A stretch of DNA of 32,000 nt, taken from NCBI GenBank assembly GCA_048886185.1, contig JBHLKY010000028.1, positions 16,431-48,430 on the forward strand. Reading direction: 5' to 3'. This DNA is from Candidatus Hermodarchaeota archaeon (GTDB taxonomy: Archaea > Asgardarchaeota > Heimdallarchaeia > Hodarchaeales > Hodarchaeaceae). The position numbers and the translations under genes were made by a program. The first letter of the stretch is position 1. Each line of letters begins with the position of its first letter. Under the pieces are notes generated by a model. It had not been told where the DNA came from and searched no databases. It saw only the letters and a list, made by a program, of their open reading frames with translations. Positions 28,482 through 32,000 of the stretch are shown here, in pieces.

Positions 28482-28935
28482 TCATGTATTATATAATTAT
28501 AAGTTGTTAAAATTTAAAATAATTTTTTCACTAAAAAAAATTTCTATAAAGGCAATTTTTTAGCCAATTATTTATAAAATACAATAAGAAGAGGATCATT
28601 TTTTAGGTTTAATACTGATTACCTGTTGTATCCAAACATAATTGTTTTAAAGGTATTGAATCTATATTCGATTTGTGTGGTCAGATGATTCATCTTTAGA
28701 AAAGCTGAAAAATTGTTTAGTCACCTCTTTCCAATCTACTCTTCCTTCTATTGACTCTTCTAAATGACGACTACTATCTCAAAATGGAAATCAAAATTGT
28801 AAATACAAAGAAAGCTATTATTCTAGTAGAGTCATTCGACTCCCAGTATCAAGGAGTAAATGAAAAAGATAACTAAAAAAATGCAAGGAAAGATACCCTA
28901 GCTCTATGTCATTATTTATGATTTTTACCTGTTAA

Positions 28936-29862
28936 TTAACTAATAAACATTGAATCCTCTTCTTCTTGCTGCACTTCCTGTTGTATTTGTTTATACCAAA
29001 ATCGTGTTAATCTATTGATCATTCCTGTATGGTAAGGCCCTCCTTCAATCCATGACTTGCGGGATTTTCCAGGATGATCGGGATACTCTTGCTTCAAAAC
29101 TAGTTTTGTAGAGATGTTTTGATCCCTGTATTGTCTTAATTTATTCAGATAAGCTTCCATCCACTTTCTAATCCGAATTAAATAATCTTTTTCAACTATT
29201 GGACCGCGAGCAGGGATTATCTTATTAATCTCTAACTTTTCCCATTTTCGATACAGTTCTACACCAGAGATTGGCCACATAAAAGGGGGTGAAACGCTCT
29301 GAATGGCATTTCCTGAGAACAAAACTTTATCTGAGGAGTAATAGATTGAAATTGCCCCTGCTAATGTTGTTTCTAGTTCTAAACGCTTACCATTTGAACC
29401 TAACAACTTACTCTTTGAAAATCCAATTGTGGGAACAAAAATCTTATTTTTTCTAAGACTTTCATGGATCTTGTTATCTTCAGGGACTTGTCGCATTATC
29501 CATTCCTTATAGGAAACATCAATTCCTTTCTTTAGATTTGTCCGAATCCCTGATTTAGTTGTTGATGAGCTCACTACAGTGACATCCTTAAATGCCTCCA
29601 TTCCCCATATCAAGTCCCATGATTTACTTGTTAAAATTAAATGGGAAGTTTTTTTTTCAGTCTGTTGCTCCATGTCCTTTCGGAATTTCAAGGCAATATC
29701 TGTATGGGGTCCACAATTTACAAAAATTAATTCTTCGGGAAGGATAATGCAACTGATATTAGAGTATAAATAAGGTCTTATTAGCTTATTCATTTCCTCT
29801 GTTCGCATTGCAGTCATTATAATGTTTGGTGTAACTTCTAAGTAGTTTAATTCTGCTGTCAT
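28936..29862 (-). CDS. MBL-fold protein lacking metal-binding residues
   Basis: MBL topology, but TSKSWDL, SGNA and PARG replace HxHxDH, GD and PGHG. Confidence 0.75.
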   Translation of the reverse strand: MTAELNYLEVTPNIIMTAMRTEEMNKLIRPYLYSNISCIILPEELIFVNCGPHTDIALKFRKDMEQQTEKKTSHLILTSKSWDLIWGMEAFKDVTVVSSSTTKSGIRTNLKKGIDVSYKEWIMRQVPEDNKIHESLRKNKIFVPTIGFSKSKLLGSNGKRLELETTLAGAISIYYSSDKVLFSGNAIQSVSPPFMWPISGVELYRKWEKLEINKIIPARGPIVEKDYLIRIRKWMEAYLNKLRQYRDQNISTKLVLKQEYPDHPGKSRKSWIEGGPYHTGMINRLTRFWYKQIQQEVQQEEEDSMFIS

Positions 29863-30000
29863 TAAATTACCCCTGAAATAAGTGGCTCCTGGACTTTACT
29901 TAATTTTTTGGGTGCATTTGTGGATTTTAAACTTTTTTTTCCTTAAAGAAGGATTATTCTTGTTTTGTCTCTAGAGTTTTATCGGCTATCTATTTGCGAC

Positions 30001-30156
30001 AAGATTGAAGTCAGAGAACATATAACGTCTTCTGAACTAGATTATGCCGATGCTTGTACGTATTAAGCAACCAACGTGTTGAATGTGAATAAGATTGCTT
30101 CCTTTGATACTGATTTTGATAGAATTCCCGTGATTAGTCGTTTAACTTCAATATGA
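30001..30156 (+). pseudogene. VapC/PIN-domain toxin 3' remnant
   Basis: Frame +1 reads KIEVREHITSSELDYADACTY*ATNVLNVNKIASFDTDFDRIPVISRLTSI*. In-frame TAA at 30064-30066. N-terminal PIN motif not found. Confidence 0.7.
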
Positions 30157-30448
30157 GATCAATTGTACAATCTTAAATAACATGTACTCTTACTTCATTC
30201 TAATGTTGTCCAACAGTAATTATAATTCTAGCTTTCATGAAATTTTTTATTGCGTAATATCTGAATTTGTCCTTTAACGTTGGATAATGGAATAAACATT
30301 CCGAACAAATGTTAAAATGAATATCGAACTTCAGTTTTCAAAAAGAAGACACTTTTTTCATCTTAAAAAATTGTGCAATTATTGAATTAAAAATTCTGCT
30401 GAATTTTGCGAGTAAAAAAAGCTCAAAGAACTTAAAATACTATGGTTT

Positions 30449-30538
30449 ATGACAATTCGACTAAATTTCTAAAATATGCCTGAAGAGAAAATTGTTGAAG
30501 GGATGAAGAGATTATCAAAGTTATTATAGGAAGAATTT
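30449..30538 (+). pseudogene. 3' remnant of a class I PLP-dependent aminotransferase (MocR/LysN-like)
   Basis: Reads MTIRLNF*NMPEEKIVEGMKRLSKLL*EEF, matching the typical RLNFS..PEEKI.EG.KRL C-terminus. Stops at 30470 and 30527. Confidence 0.65.
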
Positions 30539-30667
30539 AATTATGTTAATGATATAATTAACATTTAATCAACAAAAAAGTACGTATTCAGTTTTCTCCG
30601 GAATATTTTTATGTTAGAACTAAAAGCAGATATAATTAAACCTTCTTAAAAACATAATAATTGGGCG

Positions 30668-32000
30668 ATGAAAACGCAAAACACGAAAGTGGACACAGAA
30701 AAGGTTTTGTTGGAAAGAGCGAGGGATGAGGAGAAAGATTACAACTGGATAGAAGCTGCAAATAAATATCAACTAGCAGTAAATTATTTTTTAGACAGGA
30801 AATTGGAAGAAAAGGCTGCAGAGGCTCTTAAAAAACAAGCATACGTATATTCGCAAGCAGCTATAACTACTAACACAACAAAGGATTATTTGAGATTCAA
30901 TAAATCTGCAATTAGAATCTATAAAAAAGCTGCAAAACTTTTCAATAAGAATAATAATGAACCTGAGGGCTTAGAGTGCAAGGCTGAAGCGCTTTTCGTC
31001 AGTGGTTTCATCGAGAATTCTGTTACAGGTGTGATAGAAGCATTTAATAAATCATATACCCTCTTTATTAAATCTAAAGATCAGTATTTAAAGAAAAACG
31101 ATCAGGAGAGTGTTGCAAGAACATTCATACGAGCATCAATAGCTTCTTTTTTTCTAGTATTCTCATCTAGCGAAAAAGAGGTTATTGAGGAGTTTTGCCA
31201 AAAAGGAAGAGAGATGGCGGAAAAAGCTTGGGAAATTTCAAGAAAGATTGGAGATCATCAACTTATTAGCGAATCATTATTTGCAGAAGCTGAGTTGGCT
31301 ATATTTGAAGCGTATATTAATCCCATTAAAAGGAGTAAAGAATGGGAAGACTATATTAAAAAACTTCTATTAAAGGCTGATGAAAGTTTAAAGATCCTTG
31401 TAGAGTGTACTGATTCGAAGATCCTTGGAATAGCACAGTTTGCTGCTGGTTTTGGATATAATTTGATTGGACATCAGTTTATCGAAGATGAAAAAGGGCA
31501 AGATGAATATGCTGATAAAGGAATAAAACTACTTGAAAATTCGCTACAGAATGCTAGGAAATCTAGAGATAATTTTCAAATAATAATTACTTTAGTTTAC
31601 TTAAATTGGTGGAATCTCTTTTGGGGGAGATTTAAGGATCTCCAGACAAGAATTTTTGATAATATCAATGAGCTTGTAGAATATGGAAAAAAATATTCAG
31701 GTTTTTGCATGTACTATAGTTTCTATGCAAACTTCCTTCCATCATTTATCTATGCGAACTTTGCTCAAAGGAGTTTCTTCACCACAAAACAAAGAATTAT
31801 GTTTGCAGAGAATTCGATTCATTCTTCTAAAGAATGTTTGAAAGCTTATTCATCAACAGCAGCTTCTGCTGGGGCTTATCAAATGCTAACGTGGTCTTAT
31901 TCTCAACTTACCACTCTCACTACAATCAAAGATAAACAAGAGGAATATGCTCAAGAGATGCTCCGTTATGCACGATCTGCTGAAAAGATAGCTGAAAAGT
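30668..32000 (+). CDS. large alpha-helical (TPR/SNAP-like) repeat protein, 3'-partial
   Basis: ATG at 30668 and frame open to the window end (MKTQNTKVDTEKVLLERARDEEKDYNWIEAANKYQLAV...). Amphipathic helices with A/Y/L patterns. Missing from the track because it has no stop codon in the window. Confidence 0.85.
   Translation, partial: MKTQNTKVDTEKVLLERARDEEKDYNWIEAANKYQLAVNYFLDRKLEEKAAEALKKQAYVYSQAAITTNTTKDYLRFNKSAIRIYKKAAKLFNKNNNEPEGLECKAEALFVSGFIENSVTGVIEAFNKSYTLFIKSKDQYLKKNDQESVARTFIRASIASFFLVFSSSEKEVIEEFCQKGREMAEKAWEISRKIGDHQLISESLFAEAELAIFEAYINPIKRSKEWEDYIKKLLLKADESLKILVECTDSKILGIAQFAAGFGYNLIGHQFIEDEKGQDEYADKGIKLLENSLQNARKSRDNFQIIITLVYLNWWNLFWGRFKDLQTRIFDNINELVEYGKKYSGFCMYYSFYANFLPSFIYANFAQRSFFTTKQRIMFAENSIHSSKECLKAYSSTAASAGAYQMLTWSYSQLTTLTTIKDKQEEYAQEMLRYARSAEKIAEK

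Noticed and set aside
31185-31373. 62-aa ORF in the track
   Set aside because: It is an out-of-frame overlap within the long ORF starting at 30668.
1-32000. CRISPR array, tRNA/rRNA, IS element or integrase
   Set aside because: No regularly spaced repeats, cloverleaf or rRNA-like GC-rich segments, terminal inverted repeats or recombinase motifs were seen by eye.

Overview
AT-rich archaeal chromosomal window. The gene content (geranylgeranyl reductase, bifunctional PGI/PMI, tandem Lrp-like regulators, long helical-repeat protein) suggests an Asgard lineage, possibly Heimdallarchaeia-like; this is inferred, not verified. Housekeeping and metabolic genes: GGR, PGI/PMI, HypD, GH13 alpha-glucosidase, TIM-barrel protein, M16 peptidase pair, Mrp ATPase, GPH-type MFS transporter, DUF362 protein, GalT-like enzyme. 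Accessory genes: a wHTH + AAA ATPase pair, a Pro-rich membrane protein, a four-gene cluster with two paralogs, an orphan N6-adenine methylase, two MBL-fold proteins and two pseudogene fragments. Main discovery: two homologous small ORFs missing from the ORF track (50 aa, 15666-15818 minus; 53 aa, 24639-24800 plus). Each looks like a signal-peptide-type precursor with a conserved leader (basic N-terminus, IDVELxL, LP, hydrophobic helix, VS[A/G]) and a short variable tail. Each sits head-to-head with one of two paralogous ~480-aa tandem-Lrp-like regulators, and the two intergenic regions share motifs. This layout resembles bacterial peptide/regulator signalling cassettes and is a candidate archaeal peptide-signalling system. 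No tRNA, rRNA, CRISPR array or transposase was recognised.
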